From: a virus
Length of the DNA: 64,000 nt
Virus record (IMG/VR): IMGVR_UViG_3300027763_002499
Span: 26,549 to 90,548 of that record
Strand: one strand, 5' to 3'
The notes under the pieces are model-generated. The model ran no database searches. It was not told the DNA's origin and saw only the letters and a program-made list of their open reading frames with translations. A program made the position numbers and the translations under genes. This document shows positions 38,499-48,860 of the stretch, one piece after another; the stretch's first letter is position 1; every line of letters starts with the position of its first letter.

Positions 38499-39443
38499 TT
38501 ACTCTATTAGTCTTGCGGCAGAAATTTTGCCCAATTCAAAGATTTCGTTTACTTCGTCATACGTTACTTCATCTCTATTTACTAGCTGTCCCAGTAATGG
38601 TCGTGCCACTGCTTGATTTTCTGGCAATGACATATCAACATACTCATTGAGTTCGTTATCATCTACCCACTTGATTAAGTCTTCTAACACTAACTTTGAG
38701 TGGCCTTCATACTGTGGTTGTCTAATGGTTTCTGAAAATGATAATATCACTTCGTTACTAATTGTACGCTGTGGTCTAATCATATTTTTCTTAACTAAAT
38801 CAATATCGTTGTCAACATAGCAATGATAAATGTTTTTGCCAACTGTATGATAACCCAATAATAGATCACCAAATACTACATCATGCAAGAAATATTCATA
38901 TAGTGAGGGGTCTGTAATTTCTTCTACATGAATTCCTGCAACGACACCTTCATTATGACTGGCATGTAAGAAAAAACCTGCAAGTAAATCGTTACCATAA
39001 CTGTTTAGCATTGTTTCCAAAACATGAATATCAACGTTTAATCTGATCAAAGGATCATATTCTACTAATATTCCGTTAAGTTGTTCTTCAAATCTATGAA
39101 ATTCATAGTGTAAGTAATTTAAAATTTGACGGTTATTTCTAGTTTCATCAAATTCCTCCGGCATGTCAATAAAATCAACCTGAATGTACTTTCCGGAATT
39201 GGCTTCATCTACTAACCGTTTCATCTCTTTCCATAAAGCACTAATTTTTTCCTTGGATGCTGAACTGGCAATCCACTGATTTTCAAAAATGTGGCAGTCT
39301 GGATGAGATGTTACCCAACGTACACGCTCTAACCATTTCTGACTAACTGGAGTATCTACAATTTGATAACGCAGTGTTTTTGTAACTTCACCGTCGGTAA
39401 AGTCAATTTCATAAAATTTATCTAATAAGTTATAAGTCGTCAT
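38499..39443 (-). CDS. stand-alone His/Glu-motif domain protein
   Basis: LNYLHYEFH..RLNVDIHVLE..FGDLLLGYHTVGKN. Confidence 0.8.
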   Translation of the reverse strand: MTTYNLLDKFYEIDFTDGEVTKTLRYQIVDTPVSQKWLERVRWVTSHPDCHIFENQWIASSASKEKISALWKEMKRLVDEANSGKYIQVDFIDMPEEFDETRNNRQILNYLHYEFHRFEEQLNGILVEYDPLIRLNVDIHVLETMLNSYGNDLLAGFFLHASHNEGVVAGIHVEEITDPSLYEYFLHDVVFGDLLLGYHTVGKNIYHCYVDNDIDLVKKNMIRPQRTISNEVILSFSETIRQPQYEGHSKLVLEDLIKWVDDNELNEYVDMSLPENQAVARPLLGQLVNRDEVTYDEVNEIFELGKISAARLIE

Positions 39444-40686
39444 TTAAATGTCCATAGATATCAATTTTACTTATATCCTTGTTTCGTCGTTGTGCAAACT
39501 GCTTGATGAAAGAGAGAAAGTCCTTGGCCAGCGCCGTTTGGTTAGGTGCTTCACGCACATCAAGCAAGGTTAAAAGTCTACTGTAGCGATTTGTCTCATG
39601 TTCATTAAATTGCGGAAGCAGTCTTGCAAATACCTTTTCATACTTGTTGTAGTATTGATCAATTGACATTTGATCTAGTATTTTGAAACTTTGAAACTCA
39701 GGGTAGGTTAAAAAGTTAAAGTCAATTGAGATAGGTGTACGCATGCCTTGTCGGAGACGTATTATATCTTCTAAGAATTTATCAAAGTTTTGTAAACACA
39801 TTGCGCCAATTGTGGTCATTACAAATATATGATCAAGTCCGGCATCATCTAAGAATTTGATGTTATCAAGCCACTCTTGATAGTTCATACCATCTCGCAA
39901 AATTTCTGCAACATGATCTGCGCTTTCATTGCTGGTATAGATAGATACTTGCTTGATACCTTTAATTTTTTCTTTGAATCTTTCTAGTACCAGTGGCTTC
40001 TGACAGAGGTTAGAATTAATTGCAATCTTAACATTGGGATTCTTGGTACGCACTCGGTCAAGCAAATCAAAAGTTTGCTCATGTAACAATGGTTCGCCTC
40101 CAGTGATGCGAATAATATCAATATTATCTACAACTGTATCAAACCAGGCCCAGAATAGATCAAAGTCAACTGAATTATCCTTGTACTGCTCTATTGGTCT
40201 CTGATAGTGTTTGCGAGCATCTGTTGTGATATTCTCATAAACACCATTGTTCCTAATATCATTTGCCCACTGCGAGCTAAAGTCAGCATTACAGTAAGAG
40301 CAACCTAGGTTACAGGTCTTTTGGAAGGCCAATTCTAATACCTTGGGTTTAAAATTAAAACCAGGGTCTAGGTAATTTTCTGGAGTCAGGTGATCAGGGT
40401 AACTGACAGATTTATATTCCCTGTCACTGGTTAATCCTTGTGCTTCCAATTTCCAGCAGTAGTTGCAAGGCTCTGGTTTTTCACCTGCAAGCATGGACTT
40501 TTGCTGGTTGCGTTTGTCTGTTGTGTTATAAAAAGTTTCAACAGTTGAACCAGTGCTGTGGAAGGGGTTATGATGGCAACTGGCAATTTTACCACTGTAC
40601 AACCAAATTGTTGCTTCGTGAAATTTAGCCATACAAAATGTATTGCTAGTGTTTGCCCACAATTTTTCTAATTCTATTTTTTGCAT
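39430..40686 (-). CDS. radical SAM enzyme (SCHH subtype)
   Basis: CMAKF..SCHH..CNYCW; CNLGCSYC; GGEP. Confidence 0.92.
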   Translation of the reverse strand: MQKIELEKLWANTSNTFCMAKFHEATIWLYSGKIASCHHNPFHSTGSTVETFYNTTDKRNQQKSMLAGEKPEPCNYCWKLEAQGLTSDREYKSVSYPDHLTPENYLDPGFNFKPKVLELAFQKTCNLGCSYCNADFSSQWANDIRNNGVYENITTDARKHYQRPIEQYKDNSVDFDLFWAWFDTVVDNIDIIRITGGEPLLHEQTFDLLDRVRTKNPNVKIAINSNLCQKPLVLERFKEKIKGIKQVSIYTSNESADHVAEILRDGMNYQEWLDNIKFLDDAGLDHIFVMTTIGAMCLQNFDKFLEDIIRLRQGMRTPISIDFNFLTYPEFQSFKILDQMSIDQYYNKYEKVFARLLPQFNEHETNRYSRLLTLLDVREAPNQTALAKDFLSFIKQFAQRRNKDISKIDIYGHLNDDL

Positions 40687-42035
40687 TATTGACCTGTAAT
40701 CATTGGCTTCAAGTCTATATATTCAGGAAAGACCTCAAAGAAATCTTCTTTTCTATTATTATCAAGCCACAATTCTCTTCGCCAGCCTGCTGTTATTAAA
40801 TTATTAAACTTTGCAGGATTCTTTAAGATATCAATTGCACTTTGGTATCCCTGAATCGCATTGTGTAAATTTGAGCTTGTGGGATTTTCTGTATCAGCAA
40901 ATGTCGATAGCCATTTAATTTGCTCTTCGTACAATTCAGTTAGCTTGGCTTTGTGATGGTCTGGCAGGTTGGAAATACACCAGTGTTCTGGACCAAACAA
41001 TAGGTTAACAATAATGTCGCCTGGTCCAACATATCCAAGGTTGACCCATTCTCTGTGAAAATCAACAATATTATATGCTGTCATTATGCTTAACGTTGCA
41101 CCAATGATAAACTTCACATGCGGAACCTCAGCAATCATTCGTTCTCTGTTTTTAACTACCTGTTCCCATGACAAATTTTTACGAGCATATTCTCCTCTTT
41201 TATAACTGCCGTCAAGACTGGCCGAAACTGTTACCCTCTTAAATTTTTTCCAATACTCAATGACATCAAATTTTGAATGAGTCAACTTGCTAAAATTTGT
41301 ATTGTAAAAAATGTCAATGTCGGTGTTTCCTAGTTCTAAGAAATAATCTAAGATTTCGTAATGCTGAGGCATAATTAACGGTTCGCCGCCGGCAAAGTAA
41401 ATTCTATGGCAGCTTCTTAGATTTTGTTTAAGACTCTCAACAGACACGTCGGCTTTGTGAAATCTGGTCAGGTTATTATTGACTATGATTTTTTTCTCAA
41501 CCATTTCTAGCTCTTCAGGATACCACGTTGAGCTATATTCTGGACCACATGACCTGCATCTTAAATTGCAAGTGTTATCAAACCGCACATCTAGGTAATT
41601 AATCTCAGGTTCGTCAACTGTGTAATCTTCGGCGACTGCATTGCGAATAGTTTCACCAACTTCCCACTGATCCATCCATCCTAGCATTGCATGTCGCATA
41701 CTATGAGTATTAACTGCTTCGCCCTTCCAGCAATATTCACATTGTGAATTTTTAACTCCGTTTAGCAGATCCTTACGCAGGTCTTTAAAAGACTTGGTAT
41801 TATATGCATTGACAATATCCTTGTTTGTTGAACCTTCAATTTTAGATCGTGGTTCACCTGTACCGTATTTGTCGCCAGACTTGGGTGCCCTATGCACACA
41901 ACAGGCACCTAAACTGCCGTCTGTATGGATATAATAAGAGTTAAATGGTGCTGGACAAAATGTACCATTTGTTTTAATTTTCTCCCATTCTGCATCTGTA
42001 AATTCTAATTTTTTAGTCATTGTCATTTGTCTCAT
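40686..42035 (-). CDS. radical SAM enzyme with N-terminal twitch/SPASM-like domain
   Basis: CPAPF..CC..CEYCW; CNLRCRSC; GGEP. Confidence 0.92.
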   Translation of the reverse strand: MRQMTMTKKLEFTDAEWEKIKTNGTFCPAPFNSYYIHTDGSLGACCVHRAPKSGDKYGTGEPRSKIEGSTNKDIVNAYNTKSFKDLRKDLLNGVKNSQCEYCWKGEAVNTHSMRHAMLGWMDQWEVGETIRNAVAEDYTVDEPEINYLDVRFDNTCNLRCRSCGPEYSSTWYPEELEMVEKKIIVNNNLTRFHKADVSVESLKQNLRSCHRIYFAGGEPLIMPQHYEILDYFLELGNTDIDIFYNTNFSKLTHSKFDVIEYWKKFKRVTVSASLDGSYKRGEYARKNLSWEQVVKNRERMIAEVPHVKFIIGATLSIMTAYNIVDFHREWVNLGYVGPGDIIVNLLFGPEHWCISNLPDHHKAKLTELYEEQIKWLSTFADTENPTSSNLHNAIQGYQSAIDILKNPAKFNNLITAGWRRELWLDNNRKEDFFEVFPEYIDLKPMITGQ

Positions 42036-43242
42036 ATCGCGGCAACAGCCCCCTGATATAATCTAATATCTTAGGTTCAACAAAATGTCTGGTCTTTTGG
42101 TTTCTTGAAAGATCAACCAAATAAAATTTATTATAAATGTCAGCTAGCTCATTGTTGCTTGGTAGTCGGCTGTTCATATGATTTACAAGTCCCTTGACAA
42201 CATCTTTGTCTAATGCACTTTTATTCCATTTATCTTCGATAAGATCTTTTGCACCATCCGGTAAAGCCCATAAGGCCATGTGAGGAGGACTGTGAATTAG
42301 ATTATACCAAATTGAAAATGTTGGTGTATTGGTATTAATCCATTCAACAAATTGAGGTAGGTCCCAGGCATTTATCCAGCCAATGGTATGACTAACGGAG
42401 ATATTTGTGTTATCAAGTTCTCCGGCAGCTTTTATGGCATTATACCTGATTAGGTTTTCTTGTACTTCGTCCCATTTACCAGGATAACGAAGATACTCAT
42501 AGGTCCTACCAAGTCCGTCGATACTTAATCCCAATCCCACTGACTTGAAATTATCATTGAGGAATTTAACACGTTCGCCTGAGAATATTGTAGCGTTTGA
42601 ACTTAGTGATATATTAATTTCTTTACTGCGACCACTGGTCACAAACTCATCCCATATGTCATTCCATTGCTGAATATAAAATGGTTCGCCACCAACAATT
42701 TCCAAGTTTTTTACATGTTGCATCCACTCATGACGATTTTTCCAAAGTAGTCCATTCTTATCTCCACTTTGGCTATGCTTCATTTCATAACCAGTGGTTC
42801 CGTATAATACCTTATGCTCGGCTTGCCATAAATTACTATGACTTGGAGAGCAACTGCGGCATTTGAGATTGCAGGCATTGTTAATAATCATCTGATATTC
42901 GTAAGGCAAGCCCGGCTCGCTATCAAAGTCAACTATAGAATCAAAAGTTTTATCTGCATTTCTAGTGTAAATCTGACGTTTGCTTTTGTGTCCGTTGTTT
43001 TCATCAACAATGCAGGTTTCACATGCCAGTGGTTTTTTACCATCACGGAAATCTTGTCTTAGTTTCTTCATGTAGTTACTGGAAAATATTTCTGTAACAG
43101 TGTTTGTTTGAACGTGCATGAATTCGCCATTGTCGTCTTTGATGTAATCTTTATACAGGCAACAAGGACGTACCTTACCGTCAGGATCGTTACTGAATCC
43201 TGTCCATGGAAGGCTACAGAGCCATTTTTTAGATTGAGTCAT
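42013..43242 (-). CDS. radical SAM enzyme with N-terminal twitch/SPASM-like domain
   Basis: CSLPW..CC..CETC; CNLKCRSC; GGEP. Confidence 0.92.
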   Translation of the reverse strand: MTQSKKWLCSLPWTGFSNDPDGKVRPCCLYKDYIKDDNGEFMHVQTNTVTEIFSSNYMKKLRQDFRDGKKPLACETCIVDENNGHKSKRQIYTRNADKTFDSIVDFDSEPGLPYEYQMIINNACNLKCRSCSPSHSNLWQAEHKVLYGTTGYEMKHSQSGDKNGLLWKNRHEWMQHVKNLEIVGGEPFYIQQWNDIWDEFVTSGRSKEINISLSSNATIFSGERVKFLNDNFKSVGLGLSIDGLGRTYEYLRYPGKWDEVQENLIRYNAIKAAGELDNTNISVSHTIGWINAWDLPQFVEWINTNTPTFSIWYNLIHSPPHMALWALPDGAKDLIEDKWNKSALDKDVVKGLVNHMNSRLPSNNELADIYNKFYLVDLSRNQKTRHFVEPKILDYIRGLLPRYETNDND

Positions 43243-44584
43243 ACCAGTTTATAAACCTTTGATCTAGTGATTCACGGAAATTCTTATTTCTTCTTTTGTC
43301 ATATTGTGACACATATGATTTTAAATCTTTTAATGCGTTTTCTTCACTCAAATGCTTTTCCCATTTAACGTTTGTTTCTGACATATTTACAATTAGTCGT
43401 TCAACGTGAGCAATTTCAGTATCATGGCACAGGCTTCTATTTTCATCTAGCCAGGCAGTAAATTCTTTTACCATCTCTAACCTAAGCTCAATAGGGATAA
43501 GCTGAACACGCATAAATGCAGGTGAATGAACAAAGTTGCAATTAAGTTCAACCCTGAGTTGTCCATATTTAATCTTAAGGTCTTTGATCATATTTAGATA
43601 ATCAATCATGGACCAAACACCAAGGTTGTTAATGCTTGTAGTAAAGTTTAATCTATTGACAACATAGCTTGGACTTTCAAGTACTGTAATCACATTCTTC
43701 ATCCATACATCGCCATCAAACCCGTCACGAATGTATTCAGTTTGTTTTAACGAACTTTCAATGCTGGTGTGTAACACTGTTCTAAAATTACTACCCACTG
43801 TATCAAGCAAACGCTGTAGCACATCTTCTTTGCAAACAAGATTGGTATTAATTGACAAGTCTCTATTAAACTCACCTTCTTTTAATCTATCTAGGAAGCG
43901 CCAAAAGTTTGGACTCATGGTAGGTTCGCCACCAGTGACACGAAGCCACTTTAGGTCTCTTTCTAAAGTAGGTAACCATTTAAAAAAAGCTTCAACATAG
44001 GGGTTTTCTCCCTGATCAATCATGTCTTCATCGTTTGATTTGGTATATCTAGAATCAGTAAGCAATCCTTCATATGGACCGTAATTTTTAATGTCATTTG
44101 CCCATTTGGTGCTAAATGCTGGACCGCAATAGGCACATGCCAAATTACAAATCCTGTCAAACGCAATTTCTAGCATGTAAGGATTAGTTGTTAGTGGTCT
44201 CTCTGCCTTCATCCATTTGTATAAACGATAGGTTGGAACAGCCTGTGTTTTAATATAGCGATCACTTAGTCCTCCGTCATCTTCAATGCTCCAGCAATAA
44301 TTACAACCGCTGGGCTTTTCACCATCAAGCATGGCCTGTCTCTCTCGTATTTTTTGAGGAGTATTTTGTAGACTTGACGGGTCATTTGGATCTAGTTCAA
44401 TCTTGTGAAATGGGTTGTGATGGCAACTGGCTGTTGCACCCTGGTATAGCCAAATTGTACCTTCAAACCATTTGGCGCCACAGAAGCTAGGACTAACCTT
44501 GTCCATTTGCTCTTCTTTAAAAATTTTAAATCGAGCAGTTTCTCCAGTCTGATGTGATTTCATGTCTGACATATTAAATTTCAA
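43229..44584 (-). CDS. radical SAM enzyme (SCHH subtype)
   Basis: CGAKW..SCHH..CNYCW; CNLACAYC; GGEP. Confidence 0.92.
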   Translation of the reverse strand: MKFNMSDMKSHQTGETARFKIFKEEQMDKVSPSFCGAKWFEGTIWLYQGATASCHHNPFHKIELDPNDPSSLQNTPQKIRERQAMLDGEKPSGCNYCWSIEDDGGLSDRYIKTQAVPTYRLYKWMKAERPLTTNPYMLEIAFDRICNLACAYCGPAFSTKWANDIKNYGPYEGLLTDSRYTKSNDEDMIDQGENPYVEAFFKWLPTLERDLKWLRVTGGEPTMSPNFWRFLDRLKEGEFNRDLSINTNLVCKEDVLQRLLDTVGSNFRTVLHTSIESSLKQTEYIRDGFDGDVWMKNVITVLESPSYVVNRLNFTTSINNLGVWSMIDYLNMIKDLKIKYGQLRVELNCNFVHSPAFMRVQLIPIELRLEMVKEFTAWLDENRSLCHDTEIAHVERLIVNMSETNVKWEKHLSEENALKDLKSYVSQYDKRRNKNFRESLDQRFINWYDSI

Positions 44585-45944
44585 TCCTGTTGTACCAATC
44601 TGCTAAATCTGGAAATGCTTCTGTGAAATTCTTTCCGCGACGTTGATCATATTGCTGATAGAAACTCTTAAAATCCTTTTCGAGTTTTTCTCTTTCAAAT
44701 GCATCCTTGTGCGGTGTTTTTACAACGTCAAGATAGTCAATCAATCGTTGAGTTTGATTAACTTCCATCTGATGCAATAATTCACTGTCTTTGTTATCAT
44801 CTAGCCACTGTTGTAATTTATCTTTTCTAGTTTGCCTCATATCATCTGGCATAACAGTAGGACTTTGGAAACTTGGGAAACGCAAGATGTTCAGGGAAAA
44901 TACAGCATAATTTCTACCATGCTTGGCCTTGAAAGCCATTACCCAATCTAAGAATTCAGTCAGACTTTCCAAGCAAAGTAAATTGATTGTACACATAACA
45001 TGCAATGCTTTAAAATTACCACTGGTGGCCAGTTTGTGCATATTATCTTCCCACTGTTTCCAATCAAGCCCGTCACGAATGTACTCGGCTTGTAGACCCA
45101 CTGCTTCGCCACTGGTATAAATTTGTAGGTCATCAATGTACTGTGCTCTATCAATTAACTTGTCAATGAGTTCATCTTTTCCGCCCAGATTACTGTTAAC
45201 TGCCAATCTCATATCAGGATTACGAGTATTCTTTGGGTCAGCAAACCAATCTAATAAACGCCATGTATGTGGGCTCATCAATGGTTCACCACCAGTGACA
45301 CGAAGTTCATATAGTGTTCTGTGCAAGTCACTTTCCCACCACTTGAAGAATGCTTCAATATAAGGATTACTTGGATCATGGTCATATACACCAGCAGAGT
45401 CATGAATATGATTATAGTGACCACGCCCATCTGTGTGCAGGTTGGTATAGTTGCCAAACTTCTTTAAATCGTTTACCCATGTTGTACTAAACGCAGGATT
45501 GCAATAAGAACAGGCAAACTGACAGGTGCGGTCAAACGCAATTTCTAGTGTGCGGAGATCTACATCGTTATTATAATCACCTTCCCATGCTTCTTTTAGC
45601 AAGTTGTCATCATATATCACACTTTTGTAAACGCGATCGCTGATGTTGTCTCTGCCAATGTCTTCAACTTTCCAGCAATATTCACAACCTGGTGGACGTT
45701 CACCATCTTGCATTTGCCTACGTTCATTTTTCTTATGGGCTGTATTGTGAATAGCCTTAGGGTTAAATTTAATTTCTTGTAAATCAGCTTGGTGTGGCAA
45801 AGGATGGTGACAGCTGGTGGTTTGTCCGCTGCCTAACCAAATGGTTGCATTGTACCATTTAGCTAGACATAAACTTTTACTGTGCCCGTCAAGCAAGTTT
45901 TTAATTTCGTGGTCAGTTGATCTGCCCGGAACACGTAATGTCAT
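44574..45944 (-). CDS. radical SAM enzyme (SCHH subtype)
   Basis: CLAKW..SCHH..CEYCW; CQFACSYC; GGEP. Confidence 0.92.
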   Translation of the reverse strand: MTLRVPGRSTDHEIKNLLDGHSKSLCLAKWYNATIWLGSGQTTSCHHPLPHQADLQEIKFNPKAIHNTAHKKNERRQMQDGERPPGCEYCWKVEDIGRDNISDRVYKSVIYDDNLLKEAWEGDYNNDVDLRTLEIAFDRTCQFACSYCNPAFSTTWVNDLKKFGNYTNLHTDGRGHYNHIHDSAGVYDHDPSNPYIEAFFKWWESDLHRTLYELRVTGGEPLMSPHTWRLLDWFADPKNTRNPDMRLAVNSNLGGKDELIDKLIDRAQYIDDLQIYTSGEAVGLQAEYIRDGLDWKQWEDNMHKLATSGNFKALHVMCTINLLCLESLTEFLDWVMAFKAKHGRNYAVFSLNILRFPSFQSPTVMPDDMRQTRKDKLQQWLDDNKDSELLHQMEVNQTQRLIDYLDVVKTPHKDAFEREKLEKDFKSFYQQYDQRRGKNFTEAFPDLADWYNRIEI

Positions 45945-47536
45945 TTTGTTTTTCCTGTGATATTTTTAAAGCTTTGTTCGCTTAGTATATATAACTCTTC
46001 CAATTCGGGGAAGGTTTTCCTAAAGTTGGTATTGCGTCGCTGATCATGTTGAGTTACAAATGCAAAGAAATCAGCCCTGGCCATTTCTAATTTATCCGCT
46101 GTTAGTGGTTGTATTGCCCAGTCGTACAAACGTTGAACTTTATCTATTTCAAAATCTTTAAATCCTTTATATGGATTTTCTGATGTTTCAATGTTTTCTT
46201 TCATGAACTCAATTGATTCAAGTAACACATCAAAGTAGTGTGTTGGTAGTAATTTTAAACTTAACCAAACAGGATCGTTTAGCATTGGCACATCAAACCA
46301 TACCAATTGACGAGTAGTATTAAATTCTTGACGTAAACGTAAAATATTTTTTACATAATCCATCCAACCTGGAATACTAAGTGCATTAAAAGTAACAATT
46401 AAATTCAAGCTGTGTTTTCGGCCTACACGCAAATACTCTGTTATGTTTCTATGAAGCATTTCAAAGTCCAAGCCATATCTGCCGTACTCAGCCTGTGGCC
46501 CCCACGAATCTAGGCTACAGTAAAGCATGAAATGGTCAATTGCATTTTTTGTTTCCAATTCGTCAAGTGAGGTTAAAAACTTATTCCACTGATTACCAGG
46601 TGGACAGCAGTTTGATGTAACACTTAAATGTAGGTCGTCGCCTTTTGGATTGGCTGCCACATAGTCAAAAATCTTAAAGGTATTTTTATCCATAAAAGGC
46701 TCGCCGCCAGTCATGCGAAATGTTTGTAGTGTTGGGTAGATAGTAGGGAACCATTCCCAGAATGCCAATAGGTATGGATTATCTGGTCCGTTATCTGGAA
46801 TCATGTTTTCATTTTTCATCCAGGTTGTATCATTGTGTCTACGACCATCTGCCAATATTAACGGACCATGCTTGTCAATTTCTTTGTGCCATTCTGTGCT
46901 CAAATGAGGACTACAATATGAACACTTGAGATTACAGGCCTGGTTAAAGTTTACTTCCACATACTTTGGTGTTGGGTCACCATTATAACCATCCTTGACC
47001 ACTTCATTGAGTACACCTGGGCGCCAAACATCTTTGCTACGATAAGCTCGGTCACTTAACATTTCACCACTGTCTTCAATTTCCCAACAGAAATTGCACT
47101 CCTTGGGTCTGACACCATTGAGCATTTTCTTACGCTGTTCTTTTTTAAATTTAGTGTTATGAATTGCACCGGCATCAAGTTTAATTTCCTCTAAAGGAAT
47201 CTTGTGTGCAGGCGGATGATAACAACTATGTGTCTTGCCAGTGGGAATGTGAATACTTACATTGTACCACTTGGCCAAGCACATGCTAGGGCTAATCTCA
47301 TTGAGAATTTTAAATACTTTTTTAGTATCTTCTAGGTATACACTTTTTGCAACACCATTTGTTGTAATGGTGCCATCACCTTTAACTTGATGTAACTCGC
47401 CTCGGAATTCTTCCTTCTCTTCCTCAGACATGTATGCATATAGCTTTGGCTCAACAAGACCTGCAATTCTCTTTTTTGCTAATTCTTCATTGCTATTGTC
47501 AAACTTGTTGTTCTTAATTTTATTGAAAATGTTCAT
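45941..47536 (-). CDS. radical SAM enzyme (SCYH subtype, N-terminal extension)
   Basis: CLAKW..SCYH..CNFCW; CNLKCSYC; GGEP. Confidence 0.92.
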   Translation of the reverse strand: MNIFNKIKNNKFDNSNEELAKKRIAGLVEPKLYAYMSEEEKEEFRGELHQVKGDGTITTNGVAKSVYLEDTKKVFKILNEISPSMCLAKWYNVSIHIPTGKTHSCYHPPAHKIPLEEIKLDAGAIHNTKFKKEQRKKMLNGVRPKECNFCWEIEDSGEMLSDRAYRSKDVWRPGVLNEVVKDGYNGDPTPKYVEVNFNQACNLKCSYCSPHLSTEWHKEIDKHGPLILADGRRHNDTTWMKNENMIPDNGPDNPYLLAFWEWFPTIYPTLQTFRMTGGEPFMDKNTFKIFDYVAANPKGDDLHLSVTSNCCPPGNQWNKFLTSLDELETKNAIDHFMLYCSLDSWGPQAEYGRYGLDFEMLHRNITEYLRVGRKHSLNLIVTFNALSIPGWMDYVKNILRLRQEFNTTRQLVWFDVPMLNDPVWLSLKLLPTHYFDVLLESIEFMKENIETSENPYKGFKDFEIDKVQRLYDWAIQPLTADKLEMARADFFAFVTQHDQRRNTNFRKTFPELEELYILSEQSFKNITGKTK

Positions 47537-47593
47537 TTGTGTGCTTAGATAAAATGATAATGATACTTATCATGCAAAATGTCAAGGGTTTAT

Positions 47594-48856
47594 TCAGATG
47601 AGCTTTTTGTTGTATTTGAGTATGGTTTCCATATCACTTGCCAACTTTGGCAATTCCTTCCTCCATTGTGTTTTTCGAATCTTATCCTTATCATTTAACT
47701 TGTACACTTGCTCATTAACCTTGTCAATTACTACATCTTTACTATAATTAGAAGGATTTTTAAGTACATATAAAAATTCTTTAAATGCCCTTCTTCTTTC
47801 CTCGATGGCGTATTTGTCAAATAAAGGATTAGTGAAATTTTTGCTTAAATCTTCTACATTCTGTATAGTTTCTTCTCGCATTGCAGGTGTTAGTACATCA
47901 ATAGAAAGTCCAACGGGATAAACCATTGGACCAAAATTCATGCGACAGCCATTGTTGTTGGTTATGCCATCTAGCCAATTTGCAATTTTGCCTATCATGC
48001 GATAGTTTGCTAAACCAATTGTTATGGTAAATTCTAAACGTATATGAGGGCCTTTCTTTGCCATCAAGGTTCTTATATTTGATGCAAACTCCTTGGCATC
48101 AAGACCATAACGAATGTACTCTCCCCATCTGTCAAAACCGTCGATACTAACTGATAATATCACTTTACCGTTTACCTTATTCCACATGTCTATTAGATCA
48201 TAATTCTTATAGGTTAAGTGACTAAAATTGGTATTGTAAAATATTTCAATTGGTTGCTGGCTGTCAATGAACAATTGTAATATTTCATAATGATGTTCTG
48301 CTATAGTAGGTTCGCCGCCAGCAAAATAAATTCTCTCAATATCTCTATAAAATTCTTTAATTTCACTTAATATTTTATCACTATCTACACTAATAATTGG
48401 TGTAGGAAGTTTTGGAACCTTAAGTCTTTTATCTTCTACAGCGTGTGAAGAACTATATGTATCACCGCAACCAATACAGGCAAAATTGCACTTGTTGGTA
48501 AATCTATAGTCCAGGTACAATTGTTTAAATTCTGCATGTCCGGTAAGATCTGTTTCTATCAATGATATAAATTCTTTCCATTTTTCATTTACATCCTGTC
48601 GTAACGATCTCCTACCAGCCTCTTCAAATCGAGCACATGAACTACATTCTGTAGGCAGTGCGTCAGAAGTAAGCATGTGTTTTCTAATTTTTTTATACGT
48701 GTGACCTTGGAAAATTTCCTTTAATGTGTTGTTTTTCAAATTGCCAACAGGAGTTTTTGAAGTAAGACAGCATAAATTTACATTGCTGTCTGGATCAATT
48801 TCCGAGTGCATCCATGGTAGGACACAAAATGCTTTGGGTAGATTGTTGATATCCAT
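47594..48856 (-). CDS. radical SAM enzyme with N-terminal twitch/SPASM-like domain
   Basis: CVLPW..CC..CSSC; CNFACIGC; GGEP. Confidence 0.92.
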   Translation of the reverse strand: MDINNLPKAFCVLPWMHSEIDPDSNVNLCCLTSKTPVGNLKNNTLKEIFQGHTYKKIRKHMLTSDALPTECSSCARFEEAGRRSLRQDVNEKWKEFISLIETDLTGHAEFKQLYLDYRFTNKCNFACIGCGDTYSSSHAVEDKRLKVPKLPTPIISVDSDKILSEIKEFYRDIERIYFAGGEPTIAEHHYEILQLFIDSQQPIEIFYNTNFSHLTYKNYDLIDMWNKVNGKVILSVSIDGFDRWGEYIRYGLDAKEFASNIRTLMAKKGPHIRLEFTITIGLANYRMIGKIANWLDGITNNNGCRMNFGPMVYPVGLSIDVLTPAMREETIQNVEDLSKNFTNPLFDKYAIEERRRAFKEFLYVLKNPSNYSKDVVIDKVNEQVYKLNDKDKIRKTQWRKELPKLASDMETILKYNKKLI

Positions 48857-48860
48857 TTTA

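Noticed and set aside
28287-48856. Calling the rSAM genes queE, moaA, pqqE, nrdG or viperin
   Set aside because: They share only the generic CxxxCxxC and GGEP motifs; lengths and N-terminal Cys domains do not fit, and the partner genes of those pathways are absent from the cluster.
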